A stretch of DNA of 64,000 bases, taken from a virus (taxonomy: Duplodnaviria > Caudoviricetes). Both the position numbers and the translations under genes were made by a program. The stretch is taken from positions 1 through 64,000 of IMG/VR virus record IMGVR_UViG_2895374923_000003. One strand, 5' to 3'. Below are positions 54,534 to 62,881 of the stretch, in pieces. Numbering within the stretch: position 1 is the stretch's first letter; the number at the start of each line of letters is the position of its first letter. The notes under the pieces are model-generated. The model ran no database searches and was not told the origin of the DNA. It worked only from the letters and a program-made list of their open reading frames with translations.

Positions 54534-55339
54534 GCCTCACCGTCGAGGAGTTCCTCGACACCCTCAAGAGCTTCAAGGGTTACCGCGAGCAGCCCGACAA
54601 GGACACCACCTTCGGCCTGTGGTGGGACTCCCGGCACCGCACGCACGGCTTCCGCGACGCCGCCTGGTGCGACATGTTCCTGGCCTACTGCGCCTTCAAA
54701 GCCGGCGGCGAGCAGGGCCTGGACATCATCGGCGAATATGCGTACACGCCCTACCATGCAGGCTGGTTCGCCCGCCACGGAGCGTTCGGCAACCGGCCCA
54801 CCAAGGGCGCCGTGGTGTTCTTCGACTGGGCAGGCACCCGCTCGATCAGCGCCATCGACCACGTCGGTGTGGTCCTGGGCACCGACAACCGGGGCCGCGT
54901 GGTCACCATCGAGGGCAACACCGAGGACGCGGTCAAGATCCGCTACCGCGACCGCCGCTACATCGTCGGCTACGGCTATCCCAAGTACGCCAAGGTCAGC
55001 GTCAAGCCCCGCCCGGACGAGAAGCCCGACAAGCCGACCAAGCCGACCCGGCCCACCAAGCCGTCGACTGGCAACCAGGCGCCGCGCTTCCCCCTGAGCG
55101 CAGGCCAGGTCTACGGCATCGGCCACCGCACCGGCACCGCCAAGGCCGACAGGGACGCCATCCGCCGTGTGCAGGCCAAGCTCGCCGACCGCGGCTGGAA
55201 CATCACCGCTGACGGCGTCTTCGGCCCCATCACCCGCCAGGTCGTACGCGCCTTCCAGGACGAGAAGGGCTTGGCCGTCGACGGCCTCGTCGGCCCCCGC
55301 ACCTGGGCCGCGATCTGGGACGCCCCCGTCACCGCCTGA
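54530..55339 (+). CDS. Endolysin: CHAP domain plus PG_binding_1 domain
   Basis: AWCDMF, DHVGVV, TIEGNT; KP-rich linker; DGVFGPIT...FQ...GLAVDGLVGPRTW. Confidence 0.92.
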   Translation: MSLTVEEFLDTLKSFKGYREQPDKDTTFGLWWDSRHRTHGFRDAAWCDMFLAYCAFKAGGEQGLDIIGEYAYTPYHAGWFARHGAFGNRPTKGAVVFFDWAGTRSISAIDHVGVVLGTDNRGRVVTIEGNTEDAVKIRYRDRRYIVGYGYPKYAKVSVKPRPDEKPDKPTKPTRPTKPSTGNQAPRFPLSAGQVYGIGHRTGTAKADRDAIRRVQAKLADRGWNITADGVFGPITRQVVRAFQDEKGLAVDGLVGPRTWAAIWDAPVTA

Positions 55340-55368
55340 CCCCCACGACACGAATCAAGAAACGGCGC

Positions 55369-55875
55369 ATGACCACCGAACCCAAGATCCGGCTTCTGCT
55401 CTGCGGCACCTGCACCACCATCGAGGAACTGCCCGACCACCACGGCCCGGTCGAATCCGACGACCTGCTCGCCTACCTGGCCTCCCGCCACCGCTTCCCC
55501 TCCGGCACCCCCCACGCGGGCGGCCAGCTCTTCGACGTCGAGGAGAAGCACTGGCGCAACACAGAGACCCGCAAGCAGATCGTCGACCAGATCAACGTCC
55601 GTAGCGGAGAGGGCCTGGGTCGAAGCTTCTATGAGCTGAAGGACACCTTCAAAGAGGACGCCTTCACCTGTTGGAAGAAGCACAACCGCACCACCAACTG
55701 CGGCGACTTCAAGTCCGAGGCCAAACGCCTGACCCCCGACACCGCGGCCGAGCGCAAGGCCGCCGGGCTCGGCAAGGCCCGCTCCAACCGCTTCCTGTGC
55801 GAGTTCTGCCCCCACTTCAGCGTCGTTATGCAGCGCATGCGGGCCGCCCGAGGCGACTACCACTACACCGGCTGA
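55369..55875 (+). CDS. Cys/His-rich putative zinc-binding protein
   Basis: CGTC, C..H...C, CEFCPH. Confidence 0.7.
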   Translation: MTTEPKIRLLLCGTCTTIEELPDHHGPVESDDLLAYLASRHRFPSGTPHAGGQLFDVEEKHWRNTETRKQIVDQINVRSGEGLGRSFYELKDTFKEDAFTCWKKHNRTTNCGDFKSEAKRLTPDTAAERKAAGLGKARSNRFLCEFCPHFSVVMQRMRAARGDYHYTG

Positions 55876-55937
55876 CGCCCGCCCACGCCACCGAACACCA
55901 CCAGGCCCACCAGCCGACCAACCACCCGGAGAACCAC

Positions 55938-56315
55938 ATCAACAGCGCAGGCGCCGCCACCATCATCGGCCACAACCCCGACCCGCAGCCCGCCGCCGGC
56001 CCGAGCCCCACCGGCCCGGATGACACGCCCGCTCCCGGCCTGCCCGTCCGCACCGCGTTCGTCATCTACCAGGACTACGACGGCGCCTGGGTCGGCACCA
56101 ACGACCCCGCCCTCATCAGCGACAAGCTCACCCTCGACAAGACCGCCCACCCCGACGAGATCACCGCCGGATGCTCGGTCGTCGCCGACGAGATCGTCGC
56201 CCAGAAGACGGCCATGCAGGTCCACAACGTCATGATGGCCGCCGCCCGCCAGGCCGCCGAAGCCCAAGCCAACGCCGCCATCCTCAACCAGGTCCGCAAC
56301 GCCCCCAGGCCATAG
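55938..56315 (+). CDS. 125-aa hypothetical protein with apparent AUC start
   Basis: In-frame ATC 6 nt after GGAG; no in-frame ATG/GTG/TTG between the upstream gene's stop and the last third of the frame. Confidence 0.5.
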   Translation: MNSAGAATIIGHNPDPQPAAGPSPTGPDDTPAPGLPVRTAFVIYQDYDGAWVGTNDPALISDKLTLDKTAHPDEITAGCSVVADEIVAQKTAMQVHNVMMAAARQAAEAQANAAILNQVRNAPRP

Positions 56316-56333
56316 GCGGAAATCCCCACCGAC

Positions 56334-56367
56334 AAAGGGCCCTCCGCGCGCTTCCGGAGGGCCCTTT
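56334..56367. terminator. Inverted repeat terminator
   Basis: Perfect 13-bp AAAGGGCCCTCCG/CGGAGGGCCCTTT. Confidence 0.75.
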
Positions 56368-56420
56368 CCGCCTATTCGGCGAATAACTCGAAAAACACCA
56401 ATCACCCTAAACTGAAATAC

Positions 56421-57413
56421 ATGGGCTACCAATCGGCGTCACATTATCTCGACAATGCCGCACAATCGTCCGGGCGTATTACCGTCACCTCGGGCCAAAG
56501 CGGCTATTTCTCGACGCCCGATCCCGGCTTCGACCCGGCCCTGTTCGACGGCCAAAAACTCCGGCCGCACGTCCGTGACACGATCACCGGGTCATTCACA
56601 CATTTCATGCGCTCCCGCTTCCGCGACCCGGACTCCTGGACCCGGCTGTGGCTGGCCGGATCCGGCATCTCCCACCAGTGGTCCGGAGACCGAGGCAACG
56701 GCGACCTGGACGTCATGATCGGGATCAACCCCCTGCGCTTCCGCCAGCTCCAACCCGAGCAAGCAGCACTGTCCGAACCGGAGCTGGCGGATTCCCTCAA
56801 CTCCCTGCTGCGAGCTGAACTGTGGCCGCAGACGGCCCGCACCCACTTCGGCGGCAAGCTCTTCGAGCTCACCTACTACTGGAACCCGGCCACCACCAAC
56901 GCCCCGGGCGGCGTCACCGCGATCCACCCCTACGCCGCCTACGACCTGACCGCCGACACCTGGACCGTGCGCCCGCCGCGCCTACCCGCCGACCCGCGCA
57001 CCCTCTACCCGGCCGACTGGTGGGCCCAGGTCGACCGCGAAGCGGCCACCGCCCGCGACATCATCGCCCGCTACAACGCCGCCCGCGGCACCGCCCAATC
57101 CACGTCCATCGCCAGCCCCGGCCACACCAACGCGATGACCGCCCTGCACCTGGCCGTCGACCAGGCCAGCCACCTGTTCGACGACATCCACACCGGCCGC
57201 CACCAAGCCTTCGGGCCCGGCGGCCACGGCTACGGCGACTTCGCCAACTTCCGCTGGCAAGCGGCCAAAGCCTCCGGGATCGGACCGGCGCTGGCCGAGA
57301 TCGCCGCCGTCGGCCGCCAAGCCGCCCTGGACACCCAGCGCCATCTGTACGGCCAGCCGCTCGCCGAGGCCAGCACCGCCCGCCTCCAAGCCCTGCTGTG
57401 GAGCAGCCGATGA
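56421..57413 (+). CDS. Pol-beta superfamily nucleotidyltransferase
   Basis: WLAGS...GDLDV (GS...DxD signature), ELTYY. Confidence 0.75.
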   Translation: MGYQSASHYLDNAAQSSGRITVTSGQSGYFSTPDPGFDPALFDGQKLRPHVRDTITGSFTHFMRSRFRDPDSWTRLWLAGSGISHQWSGDRGNGDLDVMIGINPLRFRQLQPEQAALSEPELADSLNSLLRAELWPQTARTHFGGKLFELTYYWNPATTNAPGGVTAIHPYAAYDLTADTWTVRPPRLPADPRTLYPADWWAQVDREAATARDIIARYNAARGTAQSTSIASPGHTNAMTALHLAVDQASHLFDDIHTGRHQAFGPGGHGYGDFANFRWQAAKASGIGPALAEIAAVGRQAALDTQRHLYGQPLAEASTARLQALLWSSR

Positions 57414-57892
57414 CCGGACTCGCCCTGCTGACCGTGGACGGGCTGCTGCGCGACGAAGCCTCCGGCGCCCCGATCCCCACCGGCCGCGCCCTGTACGCCG
57501 CCATCGCCAGCGTCCACCGCCTGGCCCTCATCAGCGACCAGCCCGCCAGCCCGTGGCTGGAACTCAACGGGTTCACCGACCACCAGTTCGTCCTCGAAGC
57601 CCACCCCACCGACCCCGACGACCCAGCCATTCGCCGGCTACGCCAGGTCGAGCGGCTACGCGGCCAAGGCGCCCACATCGCCCTGCTGGCCGACCCCAAC
57701 CCAGGCGTCATCGCGATCCTGGCCAGCAGCGGCATCCCCCTCCTGCACTACATCCACCCTGCCTACGCACGCCCCGAGTACCTGCCGGACCACGAGGCGG
57801 CCCTGACCCCCTGGCAGCTCATGGTCGACGAGGTCGACCGCGTGCGCGGCCTGCGCGCTGCCGACCCCCGACCCGACAAGGACGCCCTGTGA
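57410..57892 (+). CDS. Degenerate HAD-fold protein
   Basis: ALLTVDGLL at motif-I position (first Asp absent), LALIS, LLADPNP; ATGA overlap. Confidence 0.55.
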   Translation: MTGLALLTVDGLLRDEASGAPIPTGRALYAAIASVHRLALISDQPASPWLELNGFTDHQFVLEAHPTDPDDPAIRRLRQVERLRGQGAHIALLADPNPGVIAILASSGIPLLHYIHPAYARPEYLPDHEAALTPWQLMVDEVDRVRGLRAADPRPDKDAL

Positions 57893-58722
57893 TCAACCCC
57901 GACGCCGTACCCGAGATCCTCGCCCAGCGCGCCGCTCGCCTGCACGCCGCGGGCAAGCTGTTCAACGGGTTCGTCAACAACCCCGGCCAGCAGCGCATCC
58001 GCGCCCGCGCCGAGCGCGGCAAGAAGCAGGCCACCGCCCGGGCCCGCGCCGAGTGGGAGCAGGCCGCCCGCAACGCCAGCGTCAAGAACCCCGCGCCCGT
58101 ACCGGGGCCGACGACCGCACCCGGCGCGGGAGTGGACCTGTCGCCCTACGACAAGCCGTCCGCCGTCACCTTCGACCCGCTCAACCGCTCCAGCGCGAGC
58201 GACAAGCGAAAGGCAGCCCCGGCGCCGGGCGCCCGCAACCACGTCGGCCAGGTCATCCCGCCCAGCCCGCAGGAGAAGGCCGCGTTCATCCAGCGGCGCG
58301 TCGCTCCGTACGTGCGCCAGCTCAACCGCGTCACCGACCCGCGGGACCTGCCCGCCGTCCAGGCCCGCGTCGGCGCCCGCCAGGTTCCCACCCCCGGGCC
58401 GCTGCCCAAGCCCGGCCCAGCCATCGCCCAGCCCACCCCCGCCCCGGCCGGCCCGCCCCAGCCGCCCACCTACGGCCAGCGGATGCGCCAGGTGATCCGC
58501 GAGGGCATCGAGGACATCCAGGCCAAGCGCATCGCCCAGTCCACCCTCCTGGCCGCCCAGCGCTCCGGCCGCATCCCCCCGCCGACCGGCGGCCAGCAGA
58601 CGCTGTTCACCGTCGGCCAGACCAGCCACACCGCAGGCAAGGCGGCGCCCGCGGGCCGCGCCCCGGTCGACTGGTCAACCGCCCGCAAGCGGGCCCAGCA
58701 CCACCAGCCCGGCCTGTTTTGA
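57889..58722 (+). CDS. Pro/Ala/Arg-rich hypothetical protein
   Basis: 277 aa, GTGA and TGATG overlaps; ends QPGLF. Confidence 0.65.
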   Translation: MINPDAVPEILAQRAARLHAAGKLFNGFVNNPGQQRIRARAERGKKQATARARAEWEQAARNASVKNPAPVPGPTTAPGAGVDLSPYDKPSAVTFDPLNRSSASDKRKAAPAPGARNHVGQVIPPSPQEKAAFIQRRVAPYVRQLNRVTDPRDLPAVQARVGARQVPTPGPLPKPGPAIAQPTPAPAGPPQPPTYGQRMRQVIREGIEDIQAKRIAQSTLLAAQRSGRIPPPTGGQQTLFTVGQTSHTAGKAAPAGRAPVDWSTARKRAQHHQPGLF

Positions 58723-60209
58723 TGTTGTCGCTGTACTTCGGCGGCTCGGAGGTGCCCGGCTGGCGCACCCTCCTGGCCGCCCAAGGCGTCGAGCACGTCG
58801 CCCTGTCCTTTGTCGGGCTGCTGCGCCGGACCAAACTCACCCGGCCCTGGCTCATCTCCGCCAAGTACCCCGACCACCAGAGCGTCTTCGTCGACTCCGG
58901 CGGATACACCCTCAACGCCAAGCCGCAGGAGTGGCCCGCTGAGCGCGTCGAGGACCTGGTTGGCGCCTACCGGACCTTCATCGAAGCCAACCTCGACCGG
59001 ATCGCCATGGTGTCCGAACTGGATGCGACCAGCATGGGGCCGGACTGGCTCGCCCGCCACCGATCGGACTTCTACGACCACCTGGGGGAGAAGTTCCTGC
59101 CGATCTGGCACGCCGAGCACGGCGTTGCCGAACTGGAACGGCTGGCAGACCGCTACGGCCGGGTCGGCGTCCCCCAGATCTCCGTCGCCGGGCGCGACAT
59201 CGCCGGACTCCTCAACCGGCTCGCCCGCCGCGGCGTCCGGATCCACGGCGTGGCCATGACCAAGACCGACCTCATGGAGCAGATCGGATTCGACTCCGTC
59301 GCCTCCACGAGCTGGCTGTCCCCGGCCCAGTACGGCGACACCCAGATCTGGACCGGACACGCCCTCAAGCGCTACCCCCGCAAGTACAAGGACCAGGGCC
59401 GCAAACGCCACCGGCAGCACCTGGAGCGCGCCGGCTTCGACATCGAGCTCATCGAATCGGACAACGCGAGCGAGGTCCTCAAGGTCGCGATCTGGAGCTG
59501 GCGTCGGTTCGTCGACCACATCAACACGCGCAAACGGAAAGTAGTTGATATGTCCCCCGAAACGCCTTCCGGACCAAACGCGGAAGTCGAGCCGGACCCA
59601 GTTGATACCCCCGCCCCGCAAACGCGGAAGCCGGTACCAACTCCTCGCACCGGAGAACGAGCCCTCCTGCCCGGCCTGACCCTGGCCCAGGTGAGCGAAA
59701 CCGGCATCGGAGACGACGGCCAGCCGACCACCACCACCCGCTCCCTCGTCGAGCTCCAGGCCGACAGCCTGCGCCAGTGCGACACCTGCTACCTCGCCTC
59801 CCACTGCCCGGCCAACAGCCCCGGCAGCGCCTGCGCCTACACCATCCCGGTCACCATCAAGACCCGCGACCAGCTCCGCGCCGTCGAGGACGCCGTGGTG
59901 TCCATGCAGTTCCAGCGGGTCGCCTTCCTGCGCCTGGTCGAGGAATCGGAAGGCGGCTACGCCGACCCCAACCTGTCCGCCGAGATCGACCGGCTCCACC
60001 GGATGCTCGCCAAGCGCGCCGAGGCCGACGCCGAGGGCTTCAGCCTGACGGTCAAGGCGTCCGGCCGCGCCATGGCCGAGGGCGGCACCATCGCCCGCCT
60101 GTTCGGCTCCGATGCCAGCCACCGCGCCCGCGAGTTGGAGGCGCCCCGCCGCAGCGATGACGTCCTGGCCAGCCTGGACGTCGTCGAGGCAGAGGTCATC
60201 GACAGGTAG
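58722..60209 (+). CDS. TGT/DpdA-like TIM-barrel protein fused to a Cys-rich C-terminal domain
   Basis: FVDSGG, ELD, IHG, FDSVASTSW; linker; CDTCYLASHC...C. Confidence 0.7.
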   Translation: MLSLYFGGSEVPGWRTLLAAQGVEHVALSFVGLLRRTKLTRPWLISAKYPDHQSVFVDSGGYTLNAKPQEWPAERVEDLVGAYRTFIEANLDRIAMVSELDATSMGPDWLARHRSDFYDHLGEKFLPIWHAEHGVAELERLADRYGRVGVPQISVAGRDIAGLLNRLARRGVRIHGVAMTKTDLMEQIGFDSVASTSWLSPAQYGDTQIWTGHALKRYPRKYKDQGRKRHRQHLERAGFDIELIESDNASEVLKVAIWSWRRFVDHINTRKRKVVDMSPETPSGPNAEVEPDPVDTPAPQTRKPVPTPRTGERALLPGLTLAQVSETGIGDDGQPTTTTRSLVELQADSLRQCDTCYLASHCPANSPGSACAYTIPVTIKTRDQLRAVEDAVVSMQFQRVAFLRLVEESEGGYADPNLSAEIDRLHRMLAKRAEADAEGFSLTVKASGRAMAEGGTIARLFGSDASHRARELEAPRRSDDVLASLDVVEAEVIDR

Positions 60210-60394
60210 TTGATATCCCGGCCCGCTGAGAGCAGGAAACCCTCTCTTCAGCGAGGCTGAGCGCGAGTGCCCGGCTGCTACCTTGGGCCTCGAGGCCGCC
60301 GCTCAGCGGTGGTTCCTTCGGTCGGCGGGGTGGTGCCCGCCGATTGGTTGGGCACCAGGGCGGATGGTACCCCCTGGTGTTTGGTGGAAATACG

Positions 60395-60427
60395 CGAAGA
60401 CCCCGCCGGAGCCCGGCGGGGTCTTCG
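60395..60427. terminator. Terminator for leftward genes (possibly bidirectional)
   Basis: Perfect 15-bp CGAAGACCCCGCCGG/CCGGCGGGGTCTTCG, 3-nt loop. Confidence 0.8.
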
Positions 60428-60440
60428 TGCATTCCGGAGA

Positions 60441-61553
60441 TCAGACCTTGGTCAAGCAGGTCCGGCCCCCGCGCGTGGTGATCTCCTCCCTGCGCCGCTC
60501 AGGATCGGCGTCCCACGTCACGATGGCCGATGCCTTGGCCACGCGCCCGGTCACGGTCCCCAGGCGGCCCGTCTTGCTCGACTGGACCCGATCGGACTCA
60601 TCCAGCGGAACCAAGGTGTCGAAGTCAAAGCAGCAGTCCACGTAGGCGTAGCCGTTCTCATCCGTGACCATCCGGGCGCGGTGGTGGAAGGGGCACAGCA
60701 GGTGGCTCTCGTGCCGAGCCCAGCCGTCATCGCCCAGGTCCCGCTGCGCGCCGCAGTCACGGCACCGGTCGGACAGGTCGACCTGGAGCGGGCCGGATTC
60801 CACCACGCCGAGCTGCTGGCCCAGCGATCGGATCCCGTGGAGCAGACCGGCAGTCGCCGCCACCGTGGCATCCGAGGCAGGGAAGGCGGCCCGCAGCGCC
60901 ATCACCTGCGAACCGTGGTCAGCCACCACAGCCATGCTCTCCAGCAGTCCCAGCACCTTCTCCAGGTCATCAAGACTCACTGGAGCGGTCCGGACTTCGC
61001 CGCTGTGGTAGCCGTGCCTCTCCTGGTGCTCGATGGTCACCCCGTGGACGGCCAGCCGGTCGGCGATGGCGTTGTTCCGATCGCACGAGGCCATGATGCG
61101 CTCGCGGCGGGCCTGACGCAGAGCCTCGGCCTGCGCCTCCTCCTCGCGCCGCGCCGTGACGGTCGGCTCATACTCACCGAGGATCTTGGGTAGCGACGAC
61201 ACGAGGATGTACTCAAAGCCGTCGTCAGTGCTCGCCTTCGTCGCGGCCAGCATGTCGTCCAGCTTGACCGTGGCGGCCTTGGCCTGGAGCCGCTCCGCCG
61301 TTTGCGACAGCGTCTCATCCTTCTTGGAGGTGACGGTCAGCGCCGGGTATCCGGCCACACGGTTGCCGTAGGCGCTCAGCCGTGCGGGCCTGGCCTCCCT
61401 GGACGTCTGGAACACGGTGGAGCCGTTGCGGCGGTCGTAGGAATCGGCGTGCTGGACAAGCTGGGAAAGGTCGTTGAGGAACACAACGGGGTTGTCAAAG
61501 CCCCGGTGGTCGTAGAGGTAGACGAGGCCCGGCTGGATGTCGGCCTTCTTCAT
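60441..61553 (-). CDS. Hypothetical protein with C-terminal Zn/HNH-like motif
   Basis: GAAGGAG RBS; CRDCG...LLCPFHHR; coiled-coil middle. Confidence 0.7.
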   Translation of the reverse strand: MKKADIQPGLVYLYDHRGFDNPVVFLNDLSQLVQHADSYDRRNGSTVFQTSREARPARLSAYGNRVAGYPALTVTSKKDETLSQTAERLQAKAATVKLDDMLAATKASTDDGFEYILVSSLPKILGEYEPTVTARREEEAQAEALRQARRERIMASCDRNNAIADRLAVHGVTIEHQERHGYHSGEVRTAPVSLDDLEKVLGLLESMAVVADHGSQVMALRAAFPASDATVAATAGLLHGIRSLGQQLGVVESGPLQVDLSDRCRDCGAQRDLGDDGWARHESHLLCPFHHRARMVTDENGYAYVDCCFDFDTLVPLDESDRVQSSKTGRLGTVTGRVAKASAIVTWDADPERRREEITTRGGRTCLTKV

Positions 61554-61610
61554 GACGGGGACTCCTTCAGGTGCTGGTTGGTGGTGGTGTTTGGTGGTGG
61601 TCGCTGCCGG

Positions 61611-61859
61611 TCAGCAGCGGTCGCCGGGCCTGGTGGTCGCCCGGACCTCGCGCGGGCAGTCCTCGGCGATGTAGTCCTGCCACGAGGTGATGTTGTTCTT
61701 GAGACCCTTCACCCGGTTGCGTAGGCCCTTGCGGAGCCAGCCGTCTGCTTCGGCAGCCAGCGCGAGCTCTACCTGGGTCAGTTCGACCAGGCGCTCGGCG
61801 ATGATCTCCTCGGCTGCTGCCTGGCGGACCGCTTGGTCGGTGCTGGCGAAGAGGTTCAC
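61611..61859 (-). CDS. Hypothetical protein
   Basis: 82 aa helical, co-oriented with neighbours. Confidence 0.6.
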   Translation of the reverse strand: MNLFASTDQAVRQAAAEEIIAERLVELTQVELALAAEADGWLRKGLRNRVKGLKNNITSWQDYIAEDCPREVRATTRPGDRC

Positions 61860-61904
61860 GCGGTGCTCGCTTTGTGGTGGGGGAGTCGTCGGGGTCGCGC
61901 GCGC

Positions 61905-62093
61905 CTATCGCCAGTCGGCGCTGATCGCGGGGTATTCGGGGTTGTACGCGAAGTGCGAGGCGATCTGGTTGCCGATGTACCGGCGGATGTCCTCGCGAAC
62001 GACTGCACCTGTCGGCTCCACGCCGTAGGCGGTGGCCCACTGCCGGACGCCCTCAGGCGAGGCGTCCACGGTGATGGTGAGGCTGATCTTCAT
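61905..62093 (-). CDS. Hypothetical protein
   Basis: ATG 62093 after CAGGAA; MKISLTITVDASPEG... Confidence 0.6.
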   Translation of the reverse strand: MKISLTITVDASPEGVRQWATAYGVEPTGAVVREDIRRYIGNQIASHFAYNPEYPAISADWR

Positions 62094-62212
62094 TGCGCAT
62101 TCCTGTCTTGGTCGGACCTCTCGGAGCTGGCTGGACCTGTTGCCCGGTAACCGGGCGAGCCACGCTGCCAAGCAGGCGAGATCGCAACCGTGGTAGATCG
62201 GCCCGCCGGATT

Positions 62213-62560
62213 TCACGCGGACGCCTTGCGGAAGTCTTCGGCGAACTTCGGCCAGAACTTGAGCGCGGTCCCCAGAGCCCACTGCCTGGCCGCTTCGACC
62301 CCATCCGCATCGCTGTGCTCGTGCCAGGTCCACGAGATGTCGACGCCGTACTGCCGGTACTCCTCACGCATCCAGGACTCGAACCCTGCCTGGGTGGGGC
62401 GAGGGCAGGCGGAGATCGACTCTGGGTCGTAGCCGTCGGCCTCCTTGTGGGCGTACAGGGCGAGCATCCCCAGGAGGTCGTGGGTGTTGGGCTTGAACTC
62501 GACGCGGATCTGCGCGAACAGCTCGCTGCTCGGTAGGTAGCGATACCAGCGCAACGCCAT
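62213..62560 (-). CDS. Hypothetical protein
   Basis: ATG 62560 after GAAGGAG; 115 aa. Confidence 0.7.
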   Translation of the reverse strand: MALRWYRYLPSSELFAQIRVEFKPNTHDLLGMLALYAHKEADGYDPESISACPRPTQAGFESWMREEYRQYGVDISWTWHEHSDADGVEAARQWALGTALKFWPKFAEDFRKASA

Positions 62561-62600
62561 GTCCAACTCCTTCGGTAGTCGGTGGTGTGGCAGAAGCTAA

Positions 62601-62830
62601 GCATGAGTGAAAGCTGTAATGCAAGTTAAGCTTTACGAGATGCTGCGCGAGAGGATTGGGCTCGTCGTCCTCGTCCAGGTGTCGCGTGTAAGCCTGCTCG
62701 CGTGGGGGGCTCGGCGATGTTGGCGGCCATCGCGCCGAGCATCCCCGTGTGACGCCCCTGTGTGCCACGCTCTCGGACTCGTTGCAAGATTCTCGTAAAG
62801 CTGGACTTGTATTACAGCTTTCGCACATGC
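62601..62830. promoter_or_regulatory. Divergent promoter region with inverted ~42-bp duplicated element
   Basis: TCTCGTAAAGCT..ACTTG.ATTACAGCTTTC...CATGC on both strands, each facing a divergent gene set. Confidence 0.7.
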
Positions 62831-62881
62831 TTTGATGGCTCCACCACCAACCAACCAGCCCCTCCGAAGGAAACCCGCTTC

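Noticed and set aside
535-60122. Long antisense or alternate-frame ORFs in the track (e.g. 12964-15936, 23059-24783, 39355-41307, 42268-44163, 58470-60122)
   Set aside because: Shadow ORFs expected from high GC3 bias; they mirror well-supported genes and lack RBSs or recognisable motifs.
62091-62216. TTA (bldA)-containing extension of 61905, or read-through of the 62213 stop
   Set aside because: A GTG at 62216 gives an in-frame extension with one TTA, and the 62213 frame stays open to an ATGA overlap. However, 62093 has its own RBS and codon usage in the gap is weak, so neither is supported.
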